In this document: piece by piece, positions 10,267 through 21,600 of the stretch | Layout of the letters: every line of letters starts with the position of its first letter | Numbering within the stretch: the stretch's first letter is position 1 | NCBI GenBank assembly: GCA_965216755.1 | Contig: CBDCGL010000011.1 | Location: 3,456,001 to 3,520,000, forward strand | Source of the DNA: Alphaproteobacteria bacterium | Lineage (GTDB): Bacteria > Pseudomonadota > Alphaproteobacteria > UBA7887 | Reading direction: 5' to 3' | Length of the DNA stretch: 64,000 nucleotides | Notes under the pieces: model-generated | What the model saw: the letters and a program-made list of their open reading frames with translations, nothing else | The model's database searches: none | Told to the model about the DNA's origin: nothing | Made by a program: the position numbers and the translations under genes

Positions 10267-11126
10267 CCAAAGACGTCTTGGCACGGCTGCTGTTTGTGAC
10301 CGGCTTATCCGGGGCCGGTAAGTCGACTGCCTTGAAGGCCTTGGAGGATCTCGGCTATGAGGCGGTCGACAACTTGCCGCTGCGCTTGGTCGCAGCCATT
10401 GTTCCGGTGGCCGGCGAGACCGCACAGCCCCTGGCGATTGGGGTCGACGCGCGCACCCGCGATTTCGCGATCGAAACCTTTGTCGATCAGCTCAACGCCC
10501 TGCGCGCCCACGGCGGCTTGCGTATCGACGTTGTGTACCTCGCCTGTGATGACGATGTGTTGCAACGGCGCTTCACCGAAACGCGGCGCCGCCATCCATT
10601 GGCCGCCGATCGTCCGGTTCGCGACGGTATCCAACAGGAGCGGCGCCTGATCGCGCCGTTACGCGACGCCGCTGATCATGTCATCGACACGTCGGCCATG
10701 ACGGGTGCCGACTTGAAAAGGCGCCTCGACCAACTGTTTGTGCTCGAGGGCGGCCCGCCCTTGTCCATCCTGGTGACCTCGTTCGCCTATCGCCACGGGC
10801 TGCCGCGCGAGGCCGATCTGGTTTTCGATGTACGGTTCTTGGCGAATCCCCACTATGAACCCGCTCTACGCAACAAGTCGGGTCTGGATCAAGATGTCGT
10901 GGCCTATATCGAGCGCGACCGCGGATTTGCGGAGTTCTTCGCCAATCTGAACGCGCTTCTGACGCCGTTGCTGCCGCGCTACGCGGCTGAGGGCAAGAGC
11001 TACTTGACCATCGCATTTGGGTGTACCGGCGGCCGCCATCGGTCGGTGGCTCTGGCACAGCGGTTGGGTAAAGCCCTGATGGCGTCCCAATATGCCGTTC
11101 AAATCCGACACCGGGACTTGTCATGA
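10263..11126 (+). CDS. rapZ: RNase adapter protein RapZ
   Basis: TGLSGAGKS, VDNLP, RRFTETRRRHPL, DVRFL.NP, GCTGGRHRSV. Confidence 0.96.
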   Translation: MTKDVLARLLFVTGLSGAGKSTALKALEDLGYEAVDNLPLRLVAAIVPVAGETAQPLAIGVDARTRDFAIETFVDQLNALRAHGGLRIDVVYLACDDDVLQRRFTETRRRHPLAADRPVRDGIQQERRLIAPLRDAADHVIDTSAMTGADLKRRLDQLFVLEGGPPLSILVTSFAYRHGLPREADLVFDVRFLANPHYEPALRNKSGLDQDVVAYIERDRGFAEFFANLNALLTPLLPRYAAEGKSYLTIAFGCTGGRHRSVALAQRLGKALMASQYAVQIRHRDLS

Positions 11127-11181
11127 ACGCCGCAACCGTGCAGCTTGTCGGGCGCCGTCCGACCGATTGGATAAGCGCTCC

Positions 11182-11589
11182 ATGATAGGCATCGTTTTGG
11201 TAACCCACGGCCGTTTGGCGGACGAATTCGTCGCTGCGACGGAACATGTGGTTGGCGCGCAAGAGGCGATCCGCAGCATTTGCATCGGTCCCGACGATGA
11301 TATGGAGCGTCGTCGGGCCGAGATTATGGACGCGATCGATGCGGTCGACGATGGCAGTGGCGTCGTTGTTCTGACCGACATGTTCGGCGGCACCCCGTCA
11401 AACCTGGCCATTTCGATCATGGATCGCGCCAATGTCGAAGTGATCGCCGGCGTCAATCTGCCCATGCTGATCAAGCTGACCAGTGTTCGCGGCCAGCTGG
11501 AATTGGCCGAGGCGGTCGCCAGCGCCCAGGAAGCAGGACGAAAATATATCAATGTTGCGAGTAGTTTGCTCGCCAACAGCGAATCGTGA
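11182..11589 (+). CDS. PTS EIIA mannose/fructose-type component (ManX-like)
   Basis: MIGIVLVTHG, LTDMFGGTPSN, GVNLPMLIK. Start moved to ATG 11182. Confidence 0.93.
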   Translation: MIGIVLVTHGRLADEFVAATEHVVGAQEAIRSICIGPDDDMERRRAEIMDAIDAVDDGSGVVVLTDMFGGTPSNLAISIMDRANVEVIAGVNLPMLIKLTSVRGQLELAEAVASAQEAGRKYINVASSLLANSES

Positions 11590-11882
11590 CAGGGTCGCGG
11601 CCTGACGCCGACGGGTGGCTGCGCATCACCGTGCGGATCGAAAACCAAAAGGGTCTGCATGCCCGCGCGGCGGCCAAGTTCGTGAAGCTCGCCGGCACGT
11701 TTGGGGCCGAGGTCGAAGTGCGCAAGAACGGCACGACCGTGCCGGGCGGATCGATCATGGGGCTGATGATGTTGGCCGCCGGCCCCGGCAGTGAACTGGA
11801 AATATCGGCGCGGGGCGACGATGCCATGGCGGCGCTGGACGCGTTGCGTGGCCTGGTCGCGGCCCGTTTTGACGAAGATTGA
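11586..11882 (+). CDS. ptsH: Phosphocarrier protein HPr/NPr
   Basis: N.KGLHARAAAKFV (phospho-His), SIMGLMML (Ser46 region). Confidence 0.92.
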   Translation: MTGSRPDADGWLRITVRIENQKGLHARAAAKFVKLAGTFGAEVEVRKNGTTVPGGSIMGLMMLAAGPGSELEISARGDDAMAALDALRGLVAARFDED

Positions 11883-12069
11883 CCTGGTCTCGGTGGCGCG
11901 AAGAATAGCGGATGCCTTGTCGCGGGACCGGCGGCGTTATATATCCGTGTCGCATCGCGGAACCGGTTTGCTTGGGCCGGATGTCGGATATCGACCCGCA
12001 CGCCAGCGCGGCCATATGACATCGAGTTTCGGGTCGTGGCCCGCCCCACATCATCTCAGGAGCGCATGA

Positions 12070-13365
12070 ATGGCCGAGTTCACCGACTATAAAGTCGCCG
12101 ATATGTCTTTGGCGGATTGGGGTCGCAAAGAAATCCAAATCGCCGAAAAAGAAATGCCGGGCCTGATGGCCCTGCGCGATGAACATCGCGGCAAGTCGCC
12201 ACTCGCCGGTGCGCGCATCGTCGGTTGCCTCCATATGACCATTCAAACGGCGGTGTTGATTGAGACCCTGATCGAATTGGGCGCCGAAGTCCGCTGGAGC
12301 TCGTGCAACATTTTCTCGACCCAGGATCACGCCGCGGCTGCCGTTGCCGCCGCGGGAATCCCGGTGTATGCGTGGAAGGGTGAAACCGACGAAGAATTCT
12401 GGTGGTGTATTGACCAGACCATCACCGGCCCGAATGGTTGGACGCCAAACATGATCCTCGATGATGGCGGCGATCTCACCAAGGTGATGCACGAAAAGCA
12501 TCGCGACCTGCTGGCCAATGTCAAAGGCCTGTCGGAAGAAACCACCACCGGCGTCCACCGCCTTTATGACATGGAAAAAGATGGTTCCCTGGCGGTGCCG
12601 GCGATCAACGTCAACGATTCCGTGACCAAGTCGAAATTCGATAATCTGTATGGGTGTCGGGAAAGCCTGGTCGACGGCATTCGTCGCGCCACCGATGTGA
12701 TGATGGCCGGCAAGGTCGCCGTGGTGTGCGGCTATGGCGATGTCGGCAAAGGCTCAGCAGCGTCGTTGCGCAATGCCGGCGCGCGCGTCATGGTCACCGA
12801 AATCGATCCGATATGTGCGTTGCAGGCGGCCATGGAAGGCTACGAAGTGGTAACCATGGACAGCGCCGCCGCGGTCGGCGACATTTTCGTCACCGCAACC
12901 GGCAATATCGATGTGATCACGCTCGATCATATGCGGGCGATGAAAGACCAAGCCATTGTCTGCAATATCGGTCATTTCGATTCCGAAATTCAGATCGACG
13001 CGCTGAGCAACCTGCGATGGACCGAAATCAAGCCGCAAGTTGACATGGTTGAGTTTCCCGACGACAAGCGGCTGATCATCTTGGCAAAGGGACGTTTGGT
13101 GAATTTGGGTTGCGCGACGGGGCATCCGAGCTTTGTCATGAGCGCTTCTTTCACCAATCAAGTGCTTGCGCAGATTGAGCTGTGGAACAATACCGACCGT
13201 TACGCGCGCAAGGTGTATGTGTTGCCGAAGCATTTGGACGAAAAGGTCGCGGCTTTGCACTTAAAGAAAGTCGGCGCGGACCTGACCGAGCTGTCCAAGA
13301 AGCAAGCGACCTATATCGGTGTTGACCAAGCAGGACCGTTTAAGCCGGATCAATATCGTTATTGA
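12070..13365 (+). CDS. ahcY: Adenosylhomocysteinase
   Basis: [55 protein letters not shown] upstream. Confidence 0.98.
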   Translation: MAEFTDYKVADMSLADWGRKEIQIAEKEMPGLMALRDEHRGKSPLAGARIVGCLHMTIQTAVLIETLIELGAEVRWSSCNIFSTQDHAAAAVAAAGIPVYAWKGETDEEFWWCIDQTITGPNGWTPNMILDDGGDLTKVMHEKHRDLLANVKGLSEETTTGVHRLYDMEKDGSLAVPAINVNDSVTKSKFDNLYGCRESLVDGIRRATDVMMAGKVAVVCGYGDVGKGSAASLRNAGARVMVTEIDPICALQAAMEGYEVVTMDSAAAVGDIFVTATGNIDVITLDHMRAMKDQAIVCNIGHFDSEIQIDALSNLRWTEIKPQVDMVEFPDDKRLIILAKGRLVNLGCATGHPSFVMSASFTNQVLAQIELWNNTDRYARKVYVLPKHLDEKVAALHLKKVGADLTELSKKQATYIGVDQAGPFKPDQYRY

Positions 13366-13398
13366 TCGCGATCGCTGGCGGCGGCGCGGCGAAGATTA

Positions 13399-13905
13399 AT
13401 GGCGGATAGCCTGCCATCGTCGCTGGCTGTTACGGTCGCCCTGCCATCTCCTGACGCGACCGCGGCGCTGGCCATTGCACTGGCGCGGATCGTGCGGCTG
13501 GGAGACGTGATCGCGTTAGACGGTGAGCTCGGCGTCGGCAAAACGACATTTGCTCGCGCGATCATCCACGCACTGGGCGGCGCTGGTGAAGAGGTGCCGA
13601 GCCCAACCTTCACCTTGCTGCAAGCCTATGAGTTGCCGACGATCACCGTGTGTCATTTTGATCTTTATCGGCTCGACGGCCCGGAGGGGCTCGCGGAACT
13701 CGGACTCGAAGACGCATTTGCCGACGCCGTGTCGCTGATCGAATGGCCTGATCGGCTTGGATCCTTGTTGCCCGATGATCATCTGCACATCACATTGTTT
13801 TTCGACGGCAACACGGATCAGATGCGCCATGCGCAGCTTGTCGGCCATGGCCGTTGGGCTGCACGTGTCGACGCCATAGCCGTTGGTGGGGACAAGGATG
13901 ACTGA
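13399..13905 (+). CDS. tsaE: t6A biosynthesis ATPase TsaE
   Basis: GELGVGKTTFAR, VPSPTFTL, HFDLYRL, IEWP. Confidence 0.95.
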   Translation: MADSLPSSLAVTVALPSPDATAALAIALARIVRLGDVIALDGELGVGKTTFARAIIHALGGAGEEVPSPTFTLLQAYELPTITVCHFDLYRLDGPEGLAELGLEDAFADAVSLIEWPDRLGSLLPDDHLHITLFFDGNTDQMRHAQLVGHGRWAARVDAIAVGGDKDD

Positions 13906-14887
13906 GCGCGATCAGGTCATCGATGGTTTTTTGGCAACCAGCGGGTGGTCGGGCGCGGTGCGGGCGATGTTGGCGGGTGACGCCTCGTTTCGTCGCTATG
14001 AACGGGTCACCGAGGGAACACGACATGCGGTGCTGATGGACGCGCCGCCGCCGCAAGAGGACGTGCGGCCGTTCTTGGCTGTCGCCGCCTATTTGACCGA
14101 TCAGGGTTACAGCGCGCCGAAAGTGTTCGCGGCGGCCCCGGACGACGGCTTGCTGCTGCTCGAGGACTTGGGCGATTCATTGTTTAGCCGGGTCTTGCAA
14201 GATGGTCGCCTCGAATCGGCGCTGTACGAAGCCGCCATCGATCTGTTGTGCGATCTCCATCAACGTCCGCCGCCCGAAGGCTTGGCGCCCTATGACGACG
14301 CGGTGCTGCTGGCCGAAGCAGACTTGTTCATTGATTGGTATCTGCCGGCGATTGGGTGTCCGGATCTGACAACCGAAGCGCGCGCCGCCTACCACGAATT
14401 GTGGCGGGCGGCATTTGGCACGCTAGAGGGCGATCAACCAGTCTTGGTCCTGCGCGATTTTCACGCCGACAACTTGGTTTGGTTGCCCGATCGGGTTGGC
14501 GCCGCACGGGTCGGATTGCTCGATTTTCAGGATGCCTTGATCGGTTCGCCGGCGTATGATTTGGTCTCGTTGATCGAAGACGCGCGCCGCGATGTGGCCA
14601 CGTGCTTGGGCGCAGCCATGGTCGATCGCTATCTGGCGTCACGGCCACAGGTGGACGGGTCAAACTTCCGCGCGGCGCTGGCAATTCTGGGCGCGCAGCG
14701 TAATGCCAAGATCATCGGGATCTTTACCCGTCTCAGTCGGCGCGATTACAAGTCCCAATATCTCAACATGATCCCGCATGTTTGGCGCTTGTTGGAACGA
14801 GACCTAAGTCACCCGGCGTTGGTGGGTTTGCGCGCTTGGTTTGATCGGATGGTGCCGGCCGCGCGGCGCCTGCAGCCGTCACCATGA
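13898..14887 (+). CDS. amgK: Anomeric MurNAc/GlcNAc kinase (phosphotransferase family)
   Basis: LAGDASFRRY, LMDAPP, LLLEDLGD, RDFHADNL, LDFQDA..G..AYDL. Sits between tsaE and murU. Confidence 0.88.
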   Translation: MTERDQVIDGFLATSGWSGAVRAMLAGDASFRRYERVTEGTRHAVLMDAPPPQEDVRPFLAVAAYLTDQGYSAPKVFAAAPDDGLLLLEDLGDSLFSRVLQDGRLESALYEAAIDLLCDLHQRPPPEGLAPYDDAVLLAEADLFIDWYLPAIGCPDLTTEARAAYHELWRAAFGTLEGDQPVLVLRDFHADNLVWLPDRVGAARVGLLDFQDALIGSPAYDLVSLIEDARRDVATCLGAAMVDRYLASRPQVDGSNFRAALAILGAQRNAKIIGIFTRLSRRDYKSQYLNMIPHVWRLLERDLSHPALVGLRAWFDRMVPAARRLQPSP

Positions 14888-15606
14888 CCGACGCCGGGCG
14901 ACCCAGGCGCGCAATGGTGTTGGCTGCCGGCCTTGGCACACGCTTGAAGCCGATCACAGACGCGCGGCCCAAACCACTGATCGAAGTTGGCGGTCAAACC
15001 ATGCTCGACCGCATGCTTGATGCCCTCGCGGCTGCGGGAGTCGATCGGATCGTGGTCAATGTTCATCACCTCGCCAACATGGTCGTTGACCATTTGGCCA
15101 CGCGCGCATCGCCGACCGTCACCATATCGCACGAAACCCGATTGCTGGAAACCGGCGGCGGTATAAGCAAAGCGTTGCCGGATCTGGGTGACGCGCCGTT
15201 TTTCGTCGCGAATAGTGATGTCGTTGTCTTGTCTGGCGTTCGATCGCCGTTTGACCGCTTGGCTGCGGCGTGGCGCGCGGACTCCATGGACGCGTTGTTG
15301 CTGATGCAACGATCGGCACGGGCGTTTGGCTATACGGGCCGGGGCGACTTTTTTATGAGCTCGTCCGGCGCATTACGGCGTCGACGCGAGCATGAAATCG
15401 CACCCTATATCTTTGCCGGGATCCAGCTCCTGCATCCGCGCTTGTTCGACGCCTGTCCGACCGCGCCGTTTTCCATCAACCTGCTCTACGACCGCGCCTT
15501 GCAACGCGATCGCCTGTTCGGTGTGGTCCACGACGGGGCGTGGCTTCACGTCGGCACGCCGCAGGCGCTCAGCGATGCCGACGCGTATCTCCGCCGAATC
15601 ACGTGA
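14884..15606 (+). CDS. murU: MurNAc-1-phosphate uridylyltransferase
   Basis: AMVLAAGLGTRLKP.T..RPKPL, LETGGG, WLHVGTP. ATGA overlap with amgK. Confidence 0.88.
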   Translation: MTDAGRPRRAMVLAAGLGTRLKPITDARPKPLIEVGGQTMLDRMLDALAAAGVDRIVVNVHHLANMVVDHLATRASPTVTISHETRLLETGGGISKALPDLGDAPFFVANSDVVVLSGVRSPFDRLAAAWRADSMDALLLMQRSARAFGYTGRGDFFMSSSGALRRRREHEIAPYIFAGIQLLHPRLFDACPTAPFSINLLYDRALQRDRLFGVVHDGAWLHVGTPQALSDADAYLRRIT

Positions 15607-18605
15607 TCGCGTCCGCGCCGGCACCCGCGAACATCTATACAATTCCGCCGGGAATCGGCTTTGTCGACGCGCTCGCTGAGGGGGTCGCGGCCTTGCATGC
15701 GGGCCCCAATCCGCTGACTCTAACGCGGGTCGTCGTCCTGCTGCCAACGCGGCGTGCGGTGCGCGCGCTCACCGATGCCTTCTTGCGCCGGGCCGGCAAC
15801 AAGCCTGTCTTGCTGCCGCAGATGCGGACCATCGGCGATATCGATGACGATGACGTTTTGATGGTCGACCCGGTGCTCGATGGCGAGTCAATGTCCGCGA
15901 GCATGGGTCCATTGCCCGCGGCGGTGGCACCATTGCGCCGGCAAATGCTGTTGGCGCAGCTTATCCACGGCTGGTATGCGGCGCGCGCCGAAAATGCGTT
16001 GGGTCGTCATGCCATTGGCGCCGATCAGGCACTCAAATTGGCGTCGGCACTGGCCGATCTGATCGACCAAGTTCACACGGCGGGCGTGGGTTTCGACCGC
16101 CTGGCCGATTTGGTGCCCGACGAATTGGCCGACCACTGGCAAGAGACGGTGGCTTTCTTGCAGATCGCTGCGACCCACTGGCCGAAAATTCTGGCTGACG
16201 ACGGGACGCTGGATCCGGCGGCGCGGCGCAATCAAGCGCTCCATCGCCTGGCCGAAACATGGCGGCGTGAGCCGCCGGCGCGGCCGGTTATCGCCGCTGG
16301 CTCAACGGGCAGTGTTCCGGCGACGGCCGATTTGCTGGCGGTGGTGGCGCGCAGGCCGGGCGGTTGCGTCGTGTTGCCCGGCTTGGACCAAAGCAGCGAT
16401 GACGATGCGTGGTGCAAGTTCGACGAAAGTCACCCGCAATTCGGATTGCGCCAGGTTCTGGAGCGGTTGGACGTGGCGCGTGCCGCGGTGCCGATCTGGC
16501 CGGGCGTGCCGGCAAGCCCGATCGCGTCCGCGCGCGCGCCCTTGGTGGCTGAAGTGATGCGCCCCGTGGAGACAACGGATGCCTGGCACGCGCTCGCGGG
16601 CCCGACAGCGGCGGCGTTGGATGGTCTGTCGGTGGTGCGCTGCGCCGACAGCCAAACCGAGGCCGGGATCATCGCATTGATGATGCGCGAGGCTTTGGAA
16701 GAATCGGGGCGGACGGCGGCGCTGGTCACGACCGATCGCGGCCTGGCGCGCCGGGTCGCCGGCGAGCTCAAACGGTGGCAGATCACGGTCGACGATTCGG
16801 CGGGCGCGCCGCTGGCCGAATCGGTGCCGGGCGTGTTTCTGCGGCTGTTGGCCGACGTCTGCGCGACCGGCTTGCCACCGGCGCCGCTGTTGGCCCTGCT
16901 CAAGCACCCTTTGTCCGCCTGCGGCACCGGCACCGCGACATGCCGGCGCTGGGCGCGGCGCCTAGAGCGGCGCTGTCTGCGCGGGCCACGCCCGCAATCC
17001 GGTACCGATGGGTTGCGTGCGGCCGCGGCCGCCGCCCAGGATGCCGGGCTGGCGGCCTGGGTCGATGGTCTGGCCGCGGCGATGGCGCCATTGGCCGGCG
17101 CGCTCAACGCGCCCGTGGCGGATCTCGAAACCATCCTGCGCCAACATGTGGTGGTTGGCGAATGGTTCGCGACGGACGACCAAACTCCGGGCACGGCGCG
17201 CTTGTGGCACGGTGACGCCGGCGAGCAGCTGGCGCGGTTTTTCGAGTCGCTCGCCGAAGCGGCCGATGTGATGCCGACCTTTGCCGGCCGAGATTATCCA
17301 GCCTTGCTGGACACATTGTTGGCTGGGCACGTTGTCCGGCCCCGCTATAACACGCATCCACGTCTGCATATTTGGGGTCCCTTGGAGGCACGTCTGCAAA
17401 CCGCCGACCTGGTTATTTTGGGCGGCTTGAACGAAGGCACTTGGCCGCGCGACGCGCAATTGGATCCGTGGCTTAATCGGCCCTTGCGGCGCGCTCTCGG
17501 GCTACCGTCGCCGGAACGAATGATCGGCCTCGCTGCCCATGATTTCACGCAATTGTTTTGCACCCGACAGGTCGCGCTGACCCGCGCCGATAAGCATGAT
17601 GGTGTGCCAACGGTACCGTCGCGCTGGCTGGAGCGGTTGCGCACGGTCATCGGCCAAGACCGCGCCGATGGCCTAGATCAAAGCCCCTTTTGGTCAAAGC
17701 TTTACGCGTCACTTGACGACAGCCACGCGCCGCCTCGGCCGGCCCGGCCGCCGGCACCAAAACCCCCGGTGGTGGCGCGACCCCGGCAATTGTCGGTGAC
17801 CCGGATCGAATATTTGATGCGCGATCCGTATGATGTTTTCGCGCGCGAAATCCTGGGTCTCCGCTCGCTGGACCCGATCGACGCCGATCCCGGCGCCGCC
17901 GACTATGGCAACGCGGTACACGACGCCCTGGGCGTTTTCGTCAATCGCTGGCCGCGGGAGTTGCCCGATGACGCCATCGATCGCCTGCTGACAATCGGGC
18001 GGCAAAGTTTCGCGCCACTGATGTCGCGGCCGGGCGTGTGGGCGTTTTGGTGGCCGCGTTTCGAGCGTATCGCCGCGTGGTTTGTCGCCCACGAGCGCGA
18101 TTACCGGCCTGGTTTGGCCGACTGTGTCGCCGAAATCCGTGGCCAGCTCACCATCGACGCGCCGGCCGGGGATTTCACCATCACGGCCGTCGCCGATCGA
18201 ATTGACCGCCTGCCCGACGACACCCTGGTGGTCACCGACTATAAGACCGGTGCTGTGCCCAGCCTGCGCGAGGTCACGGCTGGCTATGCGCCGCAACTGC
18301 CGCTCGAAGCGGTGATCGCCGAAGGCGGCGGCTTCGCCAACGTTGCCGCGGCACCGGTGGCCGAATTGCGCTATTGGCAGTTGCGTGGCACCGATCCGGT
18401 GGTCAAGGGTGGCGATCCGATCGGCGCTGCCGCCCAATTGGCGGCGGAAGCCCATGCCGGCGTCGCCCGCCTGATCGCCTCGTTCGATGATCCGGATCGG
18501 GCGTATCACGCCCGCCCCGCGCCCCGGCACGCACCCCGTTTCAGCGACTACGAACACTTGGCCCGCGTGCGCGAATGGGCCAGCGGCCCGGACGAGGTCT
18601 TGTGA
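15603..18605 (+). CDS. addB: Double-strand break repair protein AddB
   Basis: LLPTRRA, IAAGSTGS, LEARLQ, GGLNEG.WP, LSVT.IE...RDPY, ADRID...DYKTG nuclease motif, Y.HLARV.EW end. Start moved to GTG 15603. Confidence 0.95.
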   Translation: MIASAPAPANIYTIPPGIGFVDALAEGVAALHAGPNPLTLTRVVVLLPTRRAVRALTDAFLRRAGNKPVLLPQMRTIGDIDDDDVLMVDPVLDGESMSASMGPLPAAVAPLRRQMLLAQLIHGWYAARAENALGRHAIGADQALKLASALADLIDQVHTAGVGFDRLADLVPDELADHWQETVAFLQIAATHWPKILADDGTLDPAARRNQALHRLAETWRREPPARPVIAAGSTGSVPATADLLAVVARRPGGCVVLPGLDQSSDDDAWCKFDESHPQFGLRQVLERLDVARAAVPIWPGVPASPIASARAPLVAEVMRPVETTDAWHALAGPTAAALDGLSVVRCADSQTEAGIIALMMREALEESGRTAALVTTDRGLARRVAGELKRWQITVDDSAGAPLAESVPGVFLRLLADVCATGLPPAPLLALLKHPLSACGTGTATCRRWARRLERRCLRGPRPQSGTDGLRAAAAAAQDAGLAAWVDGLAAAMAPLAGALNAPVADLETILRQHVVVGEWFATDDQTPGTARLWHGDAGEQLARFFESLAEAADVMPTFAGRDYPALLDTLLAGHVVRPRYNTHPRLHIWGPLEARLQTADLVILGGLNEGTWPRDAQLDPWLNRPLRRALGLPSPERMIGLAAHDFTQLFCTRQVALTRADKHDGVPTVPSRWLERLRTVIGQDRADGLDQSPFWSKLYASLDDSHAPPRPARPPAPKPPVVARPRQLSVTRIEYLMRDPYDVFAREILGLRSLDPIDADPGAADYGNAVHDALGVFVNRWPRELPDDAIDRLLTIGRQSFAPLMSRPGVWAFWWPRFERIAAWFVAHERDYRPGLADCVAEIRGQLTIDAPAGDFTITAVADRIDRLPDDTLVVTDYKTGAVPSLREVTAGYAPQLPLEAVIAEGGGFANVAAAPVAELRYWQLRGTDPVVKGGDPIGAAAQLAAEAHAGVARLIASFDDPDRAYHARPAPRHAPRFSDYEHLARVREWASGPDEVL

Positions 18606-21600
18606 ACGACGCCGTTGTCCCACGTCCGAATCCCGATGCGCTGCAACGCAGGGCCTCGCAGCCGGCGGCGTCGATTTGGGTGGCGGCATCGGCGGGTACG
18701 GGCAAGACCAAAGTGTTGGCCGATCGCATGTTGCGGCTGTTGTTGGCCGGCACGTCGCCGCAACGGCTGTTGTGTCTGACGTTTACCCGTGCCGCGGCCG
18801 CGGAAATGGCCAATCGCTTGAACCGTCAACTGGGCGAATGGGTCAAGGCGTCGGACGACAAGCTGCGCGCGGAACTGGAGAAATTGACGGGGACACCACC
18901 CGAACCACAGACTTTGCCGTTAGCCCGGCGGCTGTTCGCCCGGGTGTTGGACACGCCCGGTGGCATGCGCATCCAAACCATCCATGCGTTTTGCGAATCA
19001 CTTCTGGCCCGCTTTCCTCTGGAAGCCGAAGTCGCACCCCATTTTCAGGTGCTTGACGAACGTTCGGCACGCGAATTGATCGCCAGCGCGCGCGACAATG
19101 TCCTGGAACGAATTCGCGCCGGCGCAGAATCACCACTTGCCGGCGCACTCAACGCACTCACGCGTCGGCTTCCCCACGATCGTTTCTTGCAGCTTTTCGA
19201 CGCGGTGATCGCCGAACGGGGCCCGCTTGCCGATATGATTGCCGGCGCTGGCGGGATCGATGCCTTGGTTGGGCGGCTCGCCGATATTTTGGGCATTCGG
19301 GGCGACGAGACGCCAGAGTCCGTTATCGCCATGGCTGCCGCTGAGCAGGTGTTTGATCGTGCCGCCCTCGAACGGGCCACGGCGGCCTTGCGCCATGGCG
19401 CCAAAGGCGATCAAGCCCGCGCCACGGCCATGCACCGTTGGCTCAGCAGCGACCACACCGGCCGCATCGAAGGTATCGACGCTTATGTCGAGGTCTTCCT
19501 GACCAAGTCTCACGCGCCGCGCCGTCGCCTGGCGACCAAGGGGGCGCTGGCGCACGATCCGGGCGTCGGCGACATATTGAGTAGCGAGTGCGCGCGGTTG
19601 CTGACAATGGTCGATCGGCAGCGCAAGGTGGAAGTGGCAAAGGCAACCGGCGCTTTGCTGCGTTTGGCTGATGGATTGTTGGTCGCTTACGAACAGCAAA
19701 AGCGAATCCACGCACGGCTCGACTATGACGACCTGATTTTGCGCAGCCGTGATTTGTTGATTCGACCCGGCGTTGCGCCTTGGGTGCTGTTCAAGCTCGA
19801 CGGTGGTATCGACCATATTTTGATCGACGAAGCTCAGGATACCAATCCGGAGCAATGGCAGGTGATCGGCGCCTTGGCCGAGGAATTTTTCGCTGGCCTT
19901 GGTGCGCGCGCCGTCGACCGGACCGTGTTTGCGGTCGGTGACAGCAAACAATCGATCTACAGTTTTCAACGCGCCGATCCCGACGCCTTCGCCCGAATGC
20001 GCGCCCATTTCGAATCCAAGGCCCTGGCCGCGGCAAAAGGTTGGGGCGAGGTTGTGCTTAACATCTCTTTCCGCTCCAGTGCCGCCGTCCTCCAAGCCGT
20101 CGATGCCGTATTCGCGCATGCGCCGGCCAATGATGGGGTGATCTTCGACGGCGTGCCGATGCGTCACGAACCATTCCGCCAGGGCGCGGCGGGCTTGGTC
20201 GAGCTGTGGCCGCCGGTGGTCGACCAGCCGACCGACACACCGCAGCCATGGAAGCCATCGGTGGAGCGTGTCTCGGGCGATACCGCACGGGCGCGCCTGG
20301 CCCGCCTGTTGGCCGCCAAGATCAGCAGCTTGTGCGATGGCCGCACCTTGCTTGAGTCACGCGGCCGGCCGATCGAGGCCGGCGACATCATGGTGTTGGT
20401 GCGCCGACGCAGCGCATTTGTCGACGATTTGGTGCGGGCGCTCAAAGGCCTCGACGTTGGCGTCGCCGGTTCCGACCGCTTGGTGTTGACCGACCATATC
20501 GCGGTCATGGACTTGATTTCGCTGGGCCGGTTTTTGCTGCTGCCGGAGGACGACTTGAGCCTGGCCGAGGTCCTCAAGTCGCCCTTGTGCGGTCTCGATG
20601 ACGACGATCTGTTCGCCCTGGCCCACGATCGCCCGGCGACTTTGTGGCAAGCGCTGCGCGCGCGTGGTGCCGAGCGGCCGAAATGGCGCGAAGCCCATGA
20701 CCTGCTGCGTGACCTATTGGGACGTGTCGACATGAGCGGTGTCTATGATCTTTATGCTGAGATCTTAGGCCCGCGTGGCGGCCGGCGGGCGTTGCTGGCC
20801 CGAATCGGACCCGAAGCGGCCGATCCACTCAGCGAATTCCTGACCCAGGCTTTGCGTTACGAGCGCGAGCATGTGCCGTCTCTGCAAGGATTTCTGCATT
20901 GGCTCGATGCCAGCGCGGTCGAGATCAAGCGCGATTTGGAACACGGTGGGGGCAATGCGGTAAGGATCATGACCGTGCATGGCGCCAAGGGCTTGGAGGC
21001 GCCGATCGTATTTCTGCCCGATACGCTACAAACGCCGCCGCCGGTGCCGGCGCTGTTATGGGCGCACGATGGTCAAGCCGTGTTTTGGGCGCCCGCCCGC
21101 TGGCGCGATCGCCATTGTGATGCATTGCACGATCGTGCTGAGGCCCGCCGCGACCGCGAATATCGGCGTCTGCTCTATGTCGCCATGACTCGGGCACAGG
21201 ATCGCCTCTATGTGTGCGGCTGGCACGGCGTGCAGGCGCCGAGCAAAGAGTGTTGGTATCATTTGATCAAATCAGGTCTGGCAGCGGTCGCGACCGAGGT
21301 CGTAGATCAATTTCTTGCCGGCGACGTCGATGCTCCGCGCGGCACCGTTTACCGCCTTAGCTGCGCCCAAACGGCGCCGCCGGACATCAAGAAATCCGCC
21401 CCGCCCACACCGCGTGTGCGCGACACCGCTTGGGCAAGGCGGCCGCCGCCACCTGAGTCCGAAACCGCTGAACGCCTAATCGCCAGTCAGCCGACAACGC
21501 CCGATCCGGCGCCGCGATCGCCGATGACCGGGCCCGGACAGGATGCCGCGCGGCGCGGCCGCATCGTTCATAACCTCTTGTATTTGCTGCCCAATGTGCC

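Noticed and set aside
11883-12069. SAH riboswitch upstream of ahcY (GGAGCGC resembles the motif core)
   Set aside because: The GGAG is simply the RBS just before the ATG, and the downstream CAGGCTC element and pseudoknot have no room to form.
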